DNA from: an uncultured Planctomycetota bacterium
GTDB lineage: Bacteria; Planctomycetota; PLA2; JAEUHO01
Reading direction: 5' to 3'
DNA: 64,000 nt
Assembly: GCA_963752285.1 (NCBI GenBank)
Contig: CAVVXN010000005.1
Span: 1,888,001 to 1,952,000 of the forward strand
Under the pieces are notes generated by a model. The model did no database searches, was not told where the DNA came from, and saw nothing but the letters and a program-made list of their open reading frames with translations. Shown here one piece after another: positions 9,269 through 21,528 of the stretch (positions are counted from its first letter, which is position 1; the number at the start of each line of letters is the position of its first letter). The translations under genes and the position numbers were made by a program.

Positions 9269-10806
9269 GACGCGCTCCCGGCGGTCGCGGCCACGCCCTC
9301 GGCGACGGGCCAGGGCGCCGCGGCGAAGGCGGGCAGCGCGCGAAGCGCGTCTCGCACGCCGTCCCGACCGCGCGGCGCGCAGTCGGCGTCGAGCTCCAGG
9401 AGGAGCTCCTCGAGCGCCTCGTCCGCCGCGAGCAGGTCCGGCGAGCCCACCGCGGCGAGGCGTCGCATCTCCTGCACGCGGCCGTCCACGTTCACCATCA
9501 GGCCGTCCCGCTCCGCCCACGAGCCGTAGGGAAGCGCGACGCGCGCCGAGGCGGGCAGGTACGCCTGGTCGGTCGCGAAGACCACGACGGCGCCGGTCGC
9601 GTCGCGCATCGCGGCCGGGACGTTTTCGTCGCGCTCGACCACCAGGACCGCGGCGGGCGCGGGGGCCGTCTGCCGCGCGAGCCCGAGCATCTCGGCGCCC
9701 TTCGCGTTGGCGGCCTTCTCGTTCACGATCAGGAAGTCGTCGCCGTCGTCGCCCACCCGACCCGCGAACCGCGCGCGCCCGCCGAGCGCGCCGGCGAGGT
9801 CCTGGAGGAGCCGCATCTCCTCGAGCGTGGCGCCGCCGTCTGCGAGGACGTCGCCCTTCTGCCCCCGGAGCGCGACCGCCGCGGCGTGGATCGCGTCGTC
9901 CCACGAGACCGGCTGCCACGCGCCGCCCTCCTCGCGGACGGCGGGCACGGCGAGACGGCTCGCGGAGTTGACGTGCGCGTAGCCGAGACGCCCCGGGTCG
10001 CACATCCACCACTGGTTCACGTCGGGGTTCTCGCGCGGCTCCATCCGGAGGAACCGCCCGCCGCGGCCGCCGAGGACCACGTTGCAGCCCCGCGCGCAGC
10101 CGGTGCAGATCGACGGCGCGAAGTCCATGAACCACAGCCGGCTCTTGAACCGGAAGTCGCGGCTGGTCAGGGCGCCGACCGGGCAGAGGTCGATGACGTT
10201 CATCGCGTAGCGCGTCTCGAACTCGCCCCTCGACCACATCACCACGATCTCGTGGTCGCCGCGGGCGGCCATCGAGAGCTCGTGCGTCTTCGTGACCTCG
10301 TCCGTGAACCGGACGCAGCGCGTGCACTTGATGCACCGCTCCGAGTCGTAGACCACGCTCTCGCCGAAGGGCACGTTCTTCGGGCCGTGCGTCTTCTCGG
10401 TGGTCGAGCGGCTCTCGCCCTGTCCGACCTGGTACGCGAAGTCCTGGAGGCGGCACTCGCCCGCCTGGTCGCAGATCGGACAGTCCAGCGGGTGGTTGAC
10501 GAGCAGGAACTCCATCGTCGCCGCGCGCGCGGACTTCGCGAGCTCGCTCTGCGTCTCGACGGCCATCCCCGGGGCAGGCAAGATCTTGCAGGCGATCTGC
10601 GGCTTCGGGCTGCCCTTCACCTCGACCATGCAGATGCGGCAGTTCCCCGCGATCGACAGCCCAGGGTGGTAGCAGTAGTACGGGATGTCGATCCCGGCGT
10701 CCTTCGCGATCTGGATCACGGTGCGGCCCGGCACGACCGGGAGCTCGCGACCGTCCACGGTGAAGGTCGGCGGGGTGGAGGAAGGGCTGGGCGAGGAGGC
10801 GGCCAT
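9265..10806 (-). CDS. nuoG: NADH-quinone oxidoreductase subunit G (short form, about 513 aa)
   Basis: CYHPGLSIAGNCRIC, NHPLDCPICDQAGEC, CIKCTRC, CPVGALT, CTGCARGC..C. Confidence 0.93.
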   Translation of the reverse strand: MAASSPSPSSTPPTFTVDGRELPVVPGRTVIQIAKDAGIDIPYYCYHPGLSIAGNCRICMVEVKGSPKPQIACKILPAPGMAVETQSELAKSARAATMEFLLVNHPLDCPICDQAGECRLQDFAYQVGQGESRSTTEKTHGPKNVPFGESVVYDSERCIKCTRCVRFTDEVTKTHELSMAARGDHEIVVMWSRGEFETRYAMNVIDLCPVGALTSRDFRFKSRLWFMDFAPSICTGCARGCNVVLGGRGGRFLRMEPRENPDVNQWWMCDPGRLGYAHVNSASRLAVPAVREEGGAWQPVSWDDAIHAAAVALRGQKGDVLADGGATLEEMRLLQDLAGALGGRARFAGRVGDDGDDFLIVNEKAANAKGAEMLGLARQTAPAPAAVLVVERDENVPAAMRDATGAVVVFATDQAYLPASARVALPYGSWAERDGLMVNVDGRVQEMRRLAAVGSPDLLAADEALEELLLELDADCAPRGRDGVRDALRALPAFAAAPWPVAEGVAATAGSAS

Positions 10807-10808
10807 CG

Positions 10809-12140
<1,332 letters not shown>

Positions 12141-12144
12141 CGGG

Positions 12145-12741
12145 CTACTCGCAGGCGTCCAGGAGGCGGCCGAGCTCGTCCGGCGTCACCTCGACGTGGG
12201 GTTCTCCGTCCACGAAGACGGCGGGAGCGACCTCGCAGAGCCCGAGGCACTCCATCTCCATCACGGTGAAGCGGCCGTCCTCGCCCGTCTGGGGGTGGTT
12301 GTTCCCGCGCCGCTCGAGCCCCGCCTTCTCGTAGGCGACGCAGGAGAGCGCCTCGGCGCCGCGGAGCCAGCACGTGAGCGTGCGGCAGATCCACACCTCG
12401 TGGCGGCCCCGGGGCTCGGTGTGGTACATCGCGTAGAACGACAACACGCCGCGGACGTGCGCGGGGGAGCACCCGATGTACGCGGCGACGCCGGCCTCGA
12501 CCTCGGGCGAGACCCAGCCACCGAAACGCCGCTGCGCCACGTGGAGGATCGGGAGCAGCGCCGCGAGGCGCGTCGGGTACCGCCGGACGATGCCGTCGCA
12601 GAGCCCCCGCAGGTCGTCGGGCGGAAACGCGACCGGCTCCGGAGGCGCCGGGCGGTCCACGGCGGGCGCGGCCGTGCCGGGAACCGTCCGCGACGCGGCG
12701 ATCTCGGTGGAGGGGACGGGCGGGACGTGGCGCGCGTTCAC
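12145..12741 (-). CDS. nuoE: NADH-quinone oxidoreductase subunit E
   Basis: ALLPILHVAQ, SFYAMY, CRTLTC..ECLGLC 2Fe-2S ligands; GTGA overlap with nuoD. Confidence 0.93.
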   Translation of the reverse strand: MNARHVPPVPSTEIAASRTVPGTAAPAVDRPAPPEPVAFPPDDLRGLCDGIVRRYPTRLAALLPILHVAQRRFGGWVSPEVEAGVAAYIGCSPAHVRGVLSFYAMYHTEPRGRHEVWICRTLTCWLRGAEALSCVAYEKAGLERRGNNHPQTGEDGRFTVMEMECLGLCEVAPAVFVDGEPHVEVTPDELGRLLDACE

Positions 12742-13985
12742 TTGTCGCACTCCCCCATCACGAAGTCGTAGGAGCCCAGGATCGCGGTCACGTCGGCGAC
12801 CATGTGCCCCGGGATGACCTCCTTCAAGCTGTGGAGGTTCACGAAGGAGGGCGCGCGCATCTTGAGGCGCCAGGGCGCCGCGCCGCCTTCCGACCGGATG
12901 TAGTAGCCGTGCTCGCCCTTCGGGTTTTCGATGTAGGAGTGGACCTCGCCCTTCGGCGTGTCCATCTCGCCCGTGACGAGCATGAACTGGTGGATCAGCT
13001 GCTCCATCCCGGTCAGGACCTCGACCTTGGGGGGGAGCACGAACTTCGGCTCGTCCGCGAGGATCGGGCCGGAGGGGATCTTGTCGATCGCCTGCTGCAC
13101 GATCCGCGACGACTGGCGCATCTCCTCCAGACGGACGAGGTAGCGGTCGTACGCGTCGCCGTGCTCGCCGTACGGGACGTCGAAGTCGTACTGCTCGTAC
13201 CCGAAGTACGGCCGGTCCTTCCGCACGTCGTACGCGACGCCCGAGCCCCGGAGCACGGGGCCCGTGAGGCTGTAGTCGAGCGCCATCTCCCGCGAGATCA
13301 GGCCGACGCCCTCCGTGCGGAGGCGCCAGATGCGGTTCTTCGTGAGGAGGCGCTCCCAGACGTCCACCTTCGCCGGGAACCCCGCGCAGAACTCGCGCAC
13401 CTCGCCAAGCCAGCCCTCCTCGACGTCGCGGGCGACGCCGCCGACGCGGGTGTACGAGGTCGTGAATCGCGCGCCCGTCAGGAACTCGAAGAAGTTGTAG
13501 AGGGTCTCGCGCTCCGTGAACGTGTAGAGGAACACGGTCACCGCGCCGAGGTCCATCGCGTACGCGCCGAGACCGAGCAGATGGCTCGACATCCGCGCGA
13601 GCTCGCAGACGATCACGCGGATGGCCTGCGCGCGGGGCGGTGCCTCGATGCCGCACGCGCGCTCGGCGGCCAGGGCGATCGCGCAGTTGTTCGAGAGCGG
13701 GGCCAGGTAGTCCAGCCGGTCCGTGTACGGGATGAACCGGTGGTAGCCGAGCGTCTCCCCGAGCTTCTCCATGCCCCGGTGGAGGTATCCCACGTCCGGG
13801 ACGCACTTCACGATGCGCTCGCCGTCGAGCTCCAGGAGGAGCCGGAGCACGCCGTGCGTGGACGGGTGCGACGGCCCCATGTTGAGCACCATGCGCTCGC
13901 CGATGTCCTCGCCGGACTCGAGCCGGATGTCCGGCGCGTCGGTCGGCGGCGGGAGGGTCGGGGGTCGTTCGGGAGGGACGTTCAT
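12738..13985 (-). CDS. nuoD: NADH-quinone oxidoreductase subunit D
   Basis: NMGPSHPSTHGVLRL, GYLHRGMEK, DRLDY, ENPKGE, DFVMGECDK. Confidence 0.96.
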   Translation of the reverse strand: MNVPPERPPTLPPPTDAPDIRLESGEDIGERMVLNMGPSHPSTHGVLRLLLELDGERIVKCVPDVGYLHRGMEKLGETLGYHRFIPYTDRLDYLAPLSNNCAIALAAERACGIEAPPRAQAIRVIVCELARMSSHLLGLGAYAMDLGAVTVFLYTFTERETLYNFFEFLTGARFTTSYTRVGGVARDVEEGWLGEVREFCAGFPAKVDVWERLLTKNRIWRLRTEGVGLISREMALDYSLTGPVLRGSGVAYDVRKDRPYFGYEQYDFDVPYGEHGDAYDRYLVRLEEMRQSSRIVQQAIDKIPSGPILADEPKFVLPPKVEVLTGMEQLIHQFMLVTGEMDTPKGEVHSYIENPKGEHGYYIRSEGGAAPWRLKMRAPSFVNLHSLKEVIPGHMVADVTAILGSYDFVMGECDK

Positions 13986-14108
13986 GGGGGCGGGACCTAC
14001 GAGGCGGAGGGGCACGCGGGCGGGCGGGGGACGGCACGAGGCGACCGGCGGACGAAGGAACCCGCTGCGGCGGGCGGTAGGGCGAGCCCTGGTCGGTCGG
14101 CTCGACGG

Positions 14109-14612
14109 TCAGTCACGGAACCTCAGGTGTCCCTGCAGGGGGAAGTCGCGGCGCATCGGCCAGCCGTCGTAGCTCTGCGGCAGGTAGATGCGCGTGAGAT
14201 CGGGATGGCCCTCGAACGCGACGCCGAACATGTCGTACGTCTCGCGCTCCGCCCAGTTCGCGGCCTCCCACAGCGGGGTCAGGCTCGCGACCGGCTCGCC
14301 GTCGGCCGTACGGGTCTTGACCACCAGGCGGTCCTGCGTCTCCCGGTTCATGAGGATCACGAGGACGGTGAGGCGCGGGCGGCGCGCCGGGTAGTCGACG
14401 GCCGTGTGGTCCACGAAACCGGACCAGCCCGCGTCCTTCAAGGCCTTCACCGCGTCGAAGAAGGCCTCCTTCTCGACGAGGACCGCGCGGAAGCCGTGGT
14501 GCTCGGACCAGCGCGGGTGGAAGGGCGACAGCGCCGCGACCGCCGCGGAGGGCGCGCCCTCGGGCGGCTCGTCGAGGTACGCAATGGAGCTCTCGGTCGG
14601 GTCGTGTTTCAT
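14109..14612 (-). CDS. nuoC: NADH-quinone oxidoreductase subunit C
   Basis: TAVDY, ANWAERETYDMFGVAFEGHPDLTRI, PMRRDFP. Confidence 0.95.
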   Translation of the reverse strand: MKHDPTESSIAYLDEPPEGAPSAAVAALSPFHPRWSEHHGFRAVLVEKEAFFDAVKALKDAGWSGFVDHTAVDYPARRPRLTVLVILMNRETQDRLVVKTRTADGEPVASLTPLWEAANWAERETYDMFGVAFEGHPDLTRIYLPQSYDGWPMRRDFPLQGHLRFRD

Positions 14613-14682
14613 GGCCGTCGGTGGTCGTCCCGGAGCGGTTCGGATCGCGGTTCGGACGGGAGGAGAGGATCGCCGCTGCCGG

Positions 14683-15387
14683 TCAGCGGACCTCCTCCAC
14701 GGGCTTCGTGCGGCGGACGCCCGTCTGCGGGCCCTCCTCGGCGAAGTGCTCGTCGGTCGTCGCCAGGGCGACGGGGGCCGGTTCGCCGGAGAGGCCGCCC
14801 GAGGTCGGCGCGACCCGGAGCGGCCCCGTGCCGCGGGCCTCGGGCCGCTGGAGCTCGAGGCGATAGGACCGGTCCCTCTCGATCTTCTTCTGCAGCTGCA
14901 TCAGGCACTCGAGCACGGCGTCGGGCCGCGGCGGGCACCCCGGGATGTAGAAGTCCACGGGGATGAACTCGTCGATGCCCTGCACGACGGGATACGACCG
15001 GAACATCCCGCCCGACGACGCGCACGCGCCCATCGCGATGACCCACTTCGGCTCGGACATCTGGTCGTAGAGCCGCGACATCACGTGCGCCATCTTGTAC
15101 GTGAGGGTGCCCGCGACGAGCATCAGGTCGGCTTGCCGCGGGGAGAAGCGCGCGACCTCCATGCCGAAGCGCGCCATGTCGTAGCGGCTCGCCGCGGTGG
15201 CCATGAACTCGATGCCGCAGCAGGAGAGGCCGAGGGGCAGAGGCCACACGCTGTTCTTCCGGCACCAGTTGGCCATCGCCTGGACGCTCGTCAGGAGGAA
15301 CGAGCCCTCGCTGCTGCCGGACGCCTCGAGGACGTCGGCCTTCGCGCTCGAAGCCTGCTGCTCGTCGGACGTGGCTCGCGGTTCCAT
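14683..15387 (-). CDS. nuoB: NADH-quinone oxidoreductase subunit B
   Basis: [37 protein letters not shown] at 15387. Confidence 0.96.
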   Translation of the reverse strand: MEPRATSDEQQASSAKADVLEASGSSEGSFLLTSVQAMANWCRKNSVWPLPLGLSCCGIEFMATAASRYDMARFGMEVARFSPRQADLMLVAGTLTYKMAHVMSRLYDQMSEPKWVIAMGACASSGGMFRSYPVVQGIDEFIPVDFYIPGCPPRPDAVLECLMQLQKKIERDRSYRLELQRPEARGTGPLRVAPTSGGLSGEPAPVALATTDEHFAEEGPQTGVRRTKPVEEVR

Positions 15388-15410
15388 GGCGTGTCCTTTC
15401 CGGCCCTCCG

Positions 15411-15839
15411 CTACTCCTTCGACCAGTTCACGGCGCCCTTCTTGATCACGTAGAACCAGCCGAGGAAGAGGATCCCGAGGAACACGATCATCTCGCCCAG
15501 CAGGAACAGGGGCTGCTGCCGGAAGTGAACCGCCCACGGGTAGAGGAAGACCACCTCGATGTCGAACAGAACGAAGAGGAGGGCGACCAGGTAGAACTTC
15601 ACGCTGAACCGCTGGTGCGCGTCGGTGAGCGGCGGCATGCCGCACTCGTACGCCGCGTCCTTGACGGGGTTCGTGGGCGCCTTCGCGCCGGCGGCCCACG
15701 AGAGCGTGAAGATCAGCACGGCGAAGACCAGGGCGAAGCCGAACATCACCAGGACGGGGAGGTACTCGCCGAGGTCGGACGCCAGCACACCTCGCAGTGC
15801 TTCGAGCCCGTTTCCGGCCTGGACCAGGATCGTCGTCAT
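15411..15839 (-). CDS. nuoA: NADH-quinone oxidoreductase subunit A
   Basis: [31 protein letters not shown]. Confidence 0.95.
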   Translation of the reverse strand: MTTILVQAGNGLEALRGVLASDLGEYLPVLVMFGFALVFAVLIFTLSWAAGAKAPTNPVKDAAYECGMPPLTDAHQRFSVKFYLVALLFVLFDIEVVFLYPWAVHFRQQPLFLLGEMIVFLGILFLGWFYVIKKGAVNWSKE

Positions 15840-16131
15840 CCGCGCGCTCCGTGGGAGGGTCCACACGGCCCGGGGAACCGGGTTGGCGGCCCATTCAAAG
15901 GCGGCCGCGGCCGCCTTGCGACGAATACCCCACCGGCCCCCGGGAGGTGCGGACGTCGCGCCCGCGTCCGGCCCCCGCCGACGGTGGATTTGTCCAAGAA
16001 TATACGCGGGCAACGAGGGCGGGACGGGGGTCCGGAACGGGGCGAAAGGCGGGGGTCCGTCGGGTCGGAGACGGCGCGCCCGCCGCGCGCGCGATCGGAG
16101 GCGGAGCGCCGCTGGAGTACCGTGCGTGGCG

Positions 16132-17313
16132 ATGGACGAGGCCACCCTGCGAACCCTCGCGAGCCCGCGCGGGGAGGACCTCCTCCGCGCCGCGAAGGAG
16201 ACGCGCGACCTCCCGGCGCACCGGCGAGCGTCCGCGCTCGCCGCCTGCCCCGAGGGCCGCGGCGCGAGCCCGACCGAAATCCGCGCGGCGCTCCAGCAAG
16301 ACGACCTCCGGCGCCGCGCGCGCGCGCGGTGCCCGCACGCCGAGACGCTCCTCTTCACGAGGACCGGGCTCGAGCAGGCGACGGCGTGGCCCGTCGCGGA
16401 GGAGCGTGCCGGACGCTGGCCGGGGCCCGTGACCGACCGGCTCCACGACCTGACGGCGGGGATCGGGCTCGATGCGCTCGCGACCGCGCTCACCGGCCGC
16501 CCCGTGCTCGCGTTCGAACCGGACCCCGTGCGAGCGTGCCTTCTCGCGGCGAACGCGCGCGCGCTGGGCGTGGCGCCGCTCGTCGAGGTCCGGGTCGAGC
16601 GGGCCGCCACCGGCCGCGGGCCGCTCGCTTTCCTCGACCCGGACCGTCGGGCGACGGGCCGGCGCACGCGCGCACCCGAGCGCTTCGACCCGCCGGCCCG
16701 CGACTGGCCCGCGCTGCTCGGGGGCTACGCGGCGTCGATGCTGAAGCTCCCTCCGGCCTCCCGAGTCCCGGTCCCCCCGGGCGCCCGGCTCGAGGTCGTG
16801 TCGCTCGACGGGCGCGCGCGCGAGCGGCGTCTCCTCGCGGGCGGCCTCGGCCTCGGCGCCCCGCGGCGCGCCCTCGCGCTCCCCGCGGGCCTCCACGTCG
16901 AGGGCCCGGGCCTCCCCTGGCCCGCGCCGCGCCGTCCCGAGCCGGGCCTCTGGCTCCTCGACCCCGACCCGGCCGTGACGCTCGCGGGCCTCGTCGGGGA
17001 CCTCGCGCTCGCGGCGGGCCTCGCACCCGTCCACCCCCGCATCGCGTACCTGGTCGGGGCGGCCCCACCCCCCACGGCCCCGGGGCGCCCGCTCCGGATC
17101 GACGCCGTCCTCCCCGCCCGGACCCGGGAGATCCAGGCGTGGCTTCGGGCCCGGCACGTCGGGACGCTCGAGATCAAGACGCGGGGCGTTGACGACGACG
17201 CCGGGCGCTGGCGGGCCCGGCTCCGCCTCCGCGGGGAGGCCTCGGCGTGGCTCGCGGTGACGCGCGGGCCGGACGACCGCTGGATGGCCCTCGCCGGCAT
17301 GACCCGCGAGTGA
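16132..17313 (+). CDS. Class I SAM-dependent methyltransferase with C-terminal THUMP-like domain
   Basis: GLEQAT, DLTAGIGLD (motif I), FLDPDRR, LLDPDPAVTLAGLV, LEIKTRGV. Confidence 0.75.
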   Translation: MDEATLRTLASPRGEDLLRAAKETRDLPAHRRASALAACPEGRGASPTEIRAALQQDDLRRRARARCPHAETLLFTRTGLEQATAWPVAEERAGRWPGPVTDRLHDLTAGIGLDALATALTGRPVLAFEPDPVRACLLAANARALGVAPLVEVRVERAATGRGPLAFLDPDRRATGRRTRAPERFDPPARDWPALLGGYAASMLKLPPASRVPVPPGARLEVVSLDGRARERRLLAGGLGLGAPRRALALPAGLHVEGPGLPWPAPRRPEPGLWLLDPDPAVTLAGLVGDLALAAGLAPVHPRIAYLVGAAPPPTAPGRPLRIDAVLPARTREIQAWLRARHVGTLEIKTRGVDDDAGRWRARLRLRGEASAWLAVTRGPDDRWMALAGMTRE

Positions 17314-17340
17314 CGGAGGTCCGGGAGCCTCGAACGGACC

Positions 17341-17940
17341 ATGACGTGCTCCCCCGGTTCCCATCCGCCCCGTCTGCGCGCCCGCGCGAAGACGCGGCCC
17401 GTGTCCCTCGCGGCCAGCCTCCTGGCCCTTCCCCTCCTCCTCCTCGGCGCCTGCCAGACGGCCCAGAAGCCCACGGGCGCCGCCACGAGCGAGGGGTTCC
17501 CCGCGCCGAACCAGGGGATCGTCTACGACTTCGCGCTCCAGGCCCTCGACCAGCAGGGGTTCATCCCGGACCTCGACCGTTCCGACCCCACGGCCGGCCG
17601 CATCGAGACGCGGTACAAGACCTCGCTCCAGCCGTTCAGCCGCAAGGGCTTCCGCGAGAAGGCGACCGTGACGATCCGTCCCGTGTCCGGGCGGCCGGGC
17701 TACTTCACCACCGACGCGCAGATCGTGCGGGACTACAACGACAATCTGGACCAGCCGAGCAGCATCGGCGCCGCCGAGTGGACCCGGACCGAGCGGGTCG
17801 AGGACGAGGAGCAGCTCCTGAACGAGCGGATCCAGATGAACTTCCTGCCCGGCGGCCTCTCCCCGGCCTTCCGACGGATCCACGGGATGGAGGACAGCGG
17901 CGCGGACGAGCCTCCCCCGCGGCCCGCCCCGACGCGCTGA
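17341..17940 (+). CDS. Hypothetical lipoprotein
   Basis: Hydrophobic stretch plus lipobox LLGAC, strong GC3 codon bias; start may be GTG 17401. Confidence 0.75.
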   Translation: MTCSPGSHPPRLRARAKTRPVSLAASLLALPLLLLGACQTAQKPTGAATSEGFPAPNQGIVYDFALQALDQQGFIPDLDRSDPTAGRIETRYKTSLQPFSRKGFREKATVTIRPVSGRPGYFTTDAQIVRDYNDNLDQPSSIGAAEWTRTERVEDEEQLLNERIQMNFLPGGLSPAFRRIHGMEDSGADEPPPRPAPTR

Positions 17941-17958
17941 GTCGCCACGCCGGGGCCG

Positions 17959-19404
17959 TCAGAGCTCGCGGCGCTCGCGGGGTCTCAACACGAGGCGCAG
18001 CGGCACGCCCTCGAACCCGAGCGCGGCCTTCATCCGGTTCTCGAGGTACCGCAGATACGCGTCGTCGAAGAGACGCGGGTCGTTCACGAAGAGCACGAAG
18101 GTCGGCGGCGCGCTCGAGACCTGGGTGCCGTAGTAGGCCTGTCCCCGGCGCCCGTGGCGCGGGCGCGGCCCGCGGCGGGCCTGGGCTTCGAGGAGCGCCT
18201 TGTTCACGTCGGCCGTGGACACGCGCGCCTCGGCCCGTTCGTGGAGGCGCCACGCGGTGGCGAGGAGCGCGGAGACGCCGCGGCCGCTCTTCGCGCTCGT
18301 GAAGACGACCGGCGCGCCCTTGAGCCCCGGGAGGACCTGGCCGAGGTACGCGCGGAGCGCCCGCGCCTTGAGGCCCTCGGGTCGGAGGTCCCACTTGTTG
18401 GCCGCCACGACGACGGGATGGCGGTGCTCCACGGCGTACGCCGCGATGCGCCGGTCGAGGCGCCCCACGTCCACGCTCGCGTCGAGGACCAGGACCGACA
18501 CGTTCGCGCGCCGCATGGCCCGCTCCGCGCGGCGCTGGGCGTAGAACTCGAGCGACCCCTGGACGGTGCGCTCCTTGCGGATGCCGGCGGTGTCGATCAC
18601 GACGACCGCACGGCCGTCCACCTCGAAACGAACGTCCACCGAGTCGCGCGTCGTCCCCGGTGTGTCGCTCACGATCATGCGCTCGTCCTCGAGCAGCGTG
18701 TTCACGAGGGACGACTTCCCCGCGTTCCTCCGCCCGACCAGGGCGAGGAGGAGCTCGGGCGCATCGAGACGGCGCGGGGTCGTCGGCCCCGCGGGGAGGA
18801 GTCGCTCGAGGCGTTCCTCGAGCTCCCCGAGTCCCAGGCGCTCCTTCGCGCTCACCGCGAGGGCCTCGCCGAACCCCAGGCCGTGAAGCTCCGCGACGCC
18901 CCACGTCGCCGACGACGCCTCCGACTTGTTCGCGAGGAGGACGACGGGCGCGCCCGAGCCGCGGAGCCGTGCGGCGACGGCCTGGTCGAGCGGCGTCGGA
19001 CCCTCGCGCGCGTCGGTGACGAAGAGCACGACGTCCGCGTCGGCGACGGCGCGCGCCACCTGGGCCTCGACGTCCCGCTCGAGTCCGTGGCGGTCCACGA
19101 TCCCGACGCCCCCCGTGTCCACCACCTCCACGGTCCGGTCCGCGAGCGTCACGAGGACCGCGACGCGGTCGCGCGTCACGCCGGGCGTCTCCTCGACGAT
19201 GGCGACGCGGCTCCTCGCGAGCGCGTTCAGGAGCGTGGACTTCCCGACGTTCGGCCGGCCGACGATGGCCACGACGGGCGGCCGCGCGTCCGGGTCGCGG
19301 ACGAGGAGGTCGGGCGCCGGCGGGGCGGGCCGCCGCGGACCCTTGCGCCCCGTCTCGTCCCGCCGCTTCCGAGGCCGGCCCGTACCGTCCCTTCGTCCCG
19401 TCAT
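17959..19404 (-). CDS. der: Ribosome biogenesis GTPase Der/EngA
   Basis: Two G domains: [23 protein letters not shown] and [24 protein letters not shown]-terminal YLRYLEN. Confidence 0.96.
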   Translation of the reverse strand: MTGRRDGTGRPRKRRDETGRKGPRRPAPPAPDLLVRDPDARPPVVAIVGRPNVGKSTLLNALARSRVAIVEETPGVTRDRVAVLVTLADRTVEVVDTGGVGIVDRHGLERDVEAQVARAVADADVVLFVTDAREGPTPLDQAVAARLRGSGAPVVLLANKSEASSATWGVAELHGLGFGEALAVSAKERLGLGELEERLERLLPAGPTTPRRLDAPELLLALVGRRNAGKSSLVNTLLEDERMIVSDTPGTTRDSVDVRFEVDGRAVVVIDTAGIRKERTVQGSLEFYAQRRAERAMRRANVSVLVLDASVDVGRLDRRIAAYAVEHRHPVVVAANKWDLRPEGLKARALRAYLGQVLPGLKGAPVVFTSAKSGRGVSALLATAWRLHERAEARVSTADVNKALLEAQARRGPRPRHGRRGQAYYGTQVSSAPPTFVLFVNDPRLFDDAYLRYLENRMKAALGFEGVPLRLVLRPRERREL

Positions 19405-19521
19405 CCCGCGATTGTACGGACGGGCGCGGAGTGAGACGCGGCGCGCCGGCGGGGATCGACGCCGACCTCGCGGTCCCCACGCGCGTCGGGCCGCGCGCGC
19501 GTCGGCCGCTGGAACCCTCGG

Positions 19522-20292
19522 TCAGCGGACGCCGAGCGCGCGGTGCGTCTGGCCGATCACGCGGACGTCGGCGTGCCGCCCGGCCGCCGCGGCGTGGAGC
19601 GCGCGGAGCGCGAGGGCGTCCGGCGGCCCGGGCCCGTCCGGCCGTTTCGTCACGGGCTGGATCACGAACGGCGTGCCCGGGCACCGCGCGGCGGCGAAGG
19701 CCGCGGCCTCCGAGACCTCGGCGGGCGTGGTGGACGACGCGACGACGACCTTCACGGCGAGCGCCTTCTTCGACGCGGCGAGGAGGTCGAGCACGCGCGC
19801 GTGCCGGTCCCAGGGCGTCGGGGCGCCGGTGGCCGAGGAGAGCTTCAGGTCGGGTGTGACCTCGTCCAGGTCGCCGAGGACGAGCGCGAGCGCGTCGGGA
19901 CGGTGGCCACCGGTCTCCAGGTGGACACGGAGCCCGCCGGCCCGCGCGTCGCGCGCGATCCGGACCACGGCCTCGGGATAGAGCAGCGGCTCGCCGCCCG
20001 TGATCGAGACGGCGCGGTGGAGGCCCAAGGGACGGTCGAGGCGCCGCACCCACGCACCGATCCGGTCCACGGGCACCGGGTTCGCGGGTCGCTCCTCGTC
20101 GTCGCGGTCGGGCGCGACCTCGACCCGGGCGGCGGGCGGCGCGGGGAACGACTCGGGCGTGTCGCAGAACGCGCAGCGGAGGTCGCAGCCCGAGAGCCGG
20201 ACGAAGACCTGCCGCTCGCCGACGCGAGGTCCCTCGCCCTGGAACGAGGAGAACAGCTCGAGCAGCGGGACGGTCCGGCCGCGCGCCGTCAT
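19522..20292 (-). CDS. queE: 7-carboxy-7-deazaguanine synthase (radical SAM)
   Basis: ELFSSFQGEG..G..QVFVRLSGCDLRCAFCDT, ITGGEPL, LETGG, QTHR. Confidence 0.85.
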   Translation of the reverse strand: MTARGRTVPLLELFSSFQGEGPRVGERQVFVRLSGCDLRCAFCDTPESFPAPPAARVEVAPDRDDEERPANPVPVDRIGAWVRRLDRPLGLHRAVSITGGEPLLYPEAVVRIARDARAGGLRVHLETGGHRPDALALVLGDLDEVTPDLKLSSATGAPTPWDRHARVLDLLAASKKALAVKVVVASSTTPAEVSEAAAFAAARCPGTPFVIQPVTKRPDGPGPPDALALRALHAAAAGRHADVRVIGQTHRALGVR

Positions 20293-21332
20293 TCGACGCG
20301 ACCGACGAGACGGAAACCGGCCTCCTCGGCGTCCCGGTGCCGCCACGGGTCGGGCGACGCGACGACGTACGAGGGCCCCACCCGGTCGATCCGCGCGCGG
20401 AGCGCGAGGTAGGCGTCGGCGCGCGCGAGGGCCACGGCGGAGGAGAACGCCGCGAGCACCCGGAGCGCCGCCATGGCGAGCACCGCGACGAGCGCGCCGG
20501 CCAGCGCGACGTCGAGGGACGACGAGCCGAGACGCGCGGCGTCGGGCGGGCGGCCCGTCGCCTCGAGCACCGCAAGGGCGCGCGTGAAGCCCGCCCCGCC
20601 GGCGACGGCCCGGAGGAGGAACACGAGGACGATCGCGATCCCGAGGGCGAGGATCGACGCGCGCAGGGCCGCCACGAGCCGGGGGCCGAGGGCCCGCACC
20701 CGGAGCGCGAGGACCTCCCGCGGCCGCTCGCGCGCCCACGTGAGCGCGCGGTCCACCGCCTCGAACCCCGAACATCCCTCCACGGCGACCGCGAGGACGA
20801 GGGCGAACCCTCCCACGAAGACGCGCCACGCCGCGAACAGCCACGCGGCGAGGAGGAGGAGGAGGAGCACGTCGAGCACGATCGGCGACCGGATCGCGCC
20901 CCGCGGACCGCTCGCGCCCACCACGACCAGCGCGAGGACCGGCGGCAGCGCGAGGGCCAGGACCGCCCCCGCGCGCGCGCCGAACGCGGCCGGGAGGTGG
21001 CGGCGGGCGAACGACAGCGCGCCGCGGCGGGACGGCGCGGGCGCGCCGGAGAGCCGGAGGGCCGCCGTCCGCGCGAGCGCGAGCGCGAAGTACGTCCACG
21101 CCGCGAGGACGAGCGCGGCCTCGAGGAGCAGGTAGCCGAGGAGCGCGAGATCGCGGTCCGAGAGCCACGCGTCCCGCGCGGGCGCGCCGATCCAGGCGAG
21201 CGGTCGGAGCAGGTCCGCGAGGTGCGGCGCCGGGAGGCGCGCGAGGAGCCCGCCCAGGACGAGCGCGCCGAGGCCGGCGAGCCACCCGTCGGCCGCGAGG
21301 CGCCGGAAGGGCGCGCCGGTCTCAGCGGTCAT
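20289..21332 (-). CDS. Hypothetical polytopic membrane protein
   Basis: Several hydrophobic helices; overlaps both neighbours; AYLALRARID motif near the C-terminus. Confidence 0.7.
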   Translation of the reverse strand: MTAETGAPFRRLAADGWLAGLGALVLGGLLARLPAPHLADLLRPLAWIGAPARDAWLSDRDLALLGYLLLEAALVLAAWTYFALALARTAALRLSGAPAPSRRGALSFARRHLPAAFGARAGAVLALALPPVLALVVVGASGPRGAIRSPIVLDVLLLLLLAAWLFAAWRVFVGGFALVLAVAVEGCSGFEAVDRALTWARERPREVLALRVRALGPRLVAALRASILALGIAIVLVFLLRAVAGGAGFTRALAVLEATGRPPDAARLGSSSLDVALAGALVAVLAMAALRVLAAFSSAVALARADAYLALRARIDRVGPSYVVASPDPWRHRDAEEAGFRLVGRVE

Positions 21333-21528
21333 CGTCCTCGTCCTCGGGCGGCGCGAGGTCCCCGAGGTCGAGGGTGTCCTCCCCCGGGACGACGTACGCG
21401 CCGTCGAGCCAGCGGCCGAGATCCACCAACTTGCAGCGCTTCGAGCAGAACGGCCGCTCGGGCGCGCCGGGGGGGAGCTCGCGCGCGCAGATCGGACAGG
21501 TCCCGGCGCGCGGCGAGGCTCGGCTCAC
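21322..21528 (-). CDS. yacG: DNA gyrase inhibitor YacG
   Basis: CPIC..RPFCSKRCKLVDLGRWLDGAYVVPG with acidic tail; GTGA overlap with upstream gene. Confidence 0.92.
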   Translation of the reverse strand: MSRASPRAGTCPICARELPPGAPERPFCSKRCKLVDLGRWLDGAYVVPGEDTLDLGDLAPPEDEDDDR

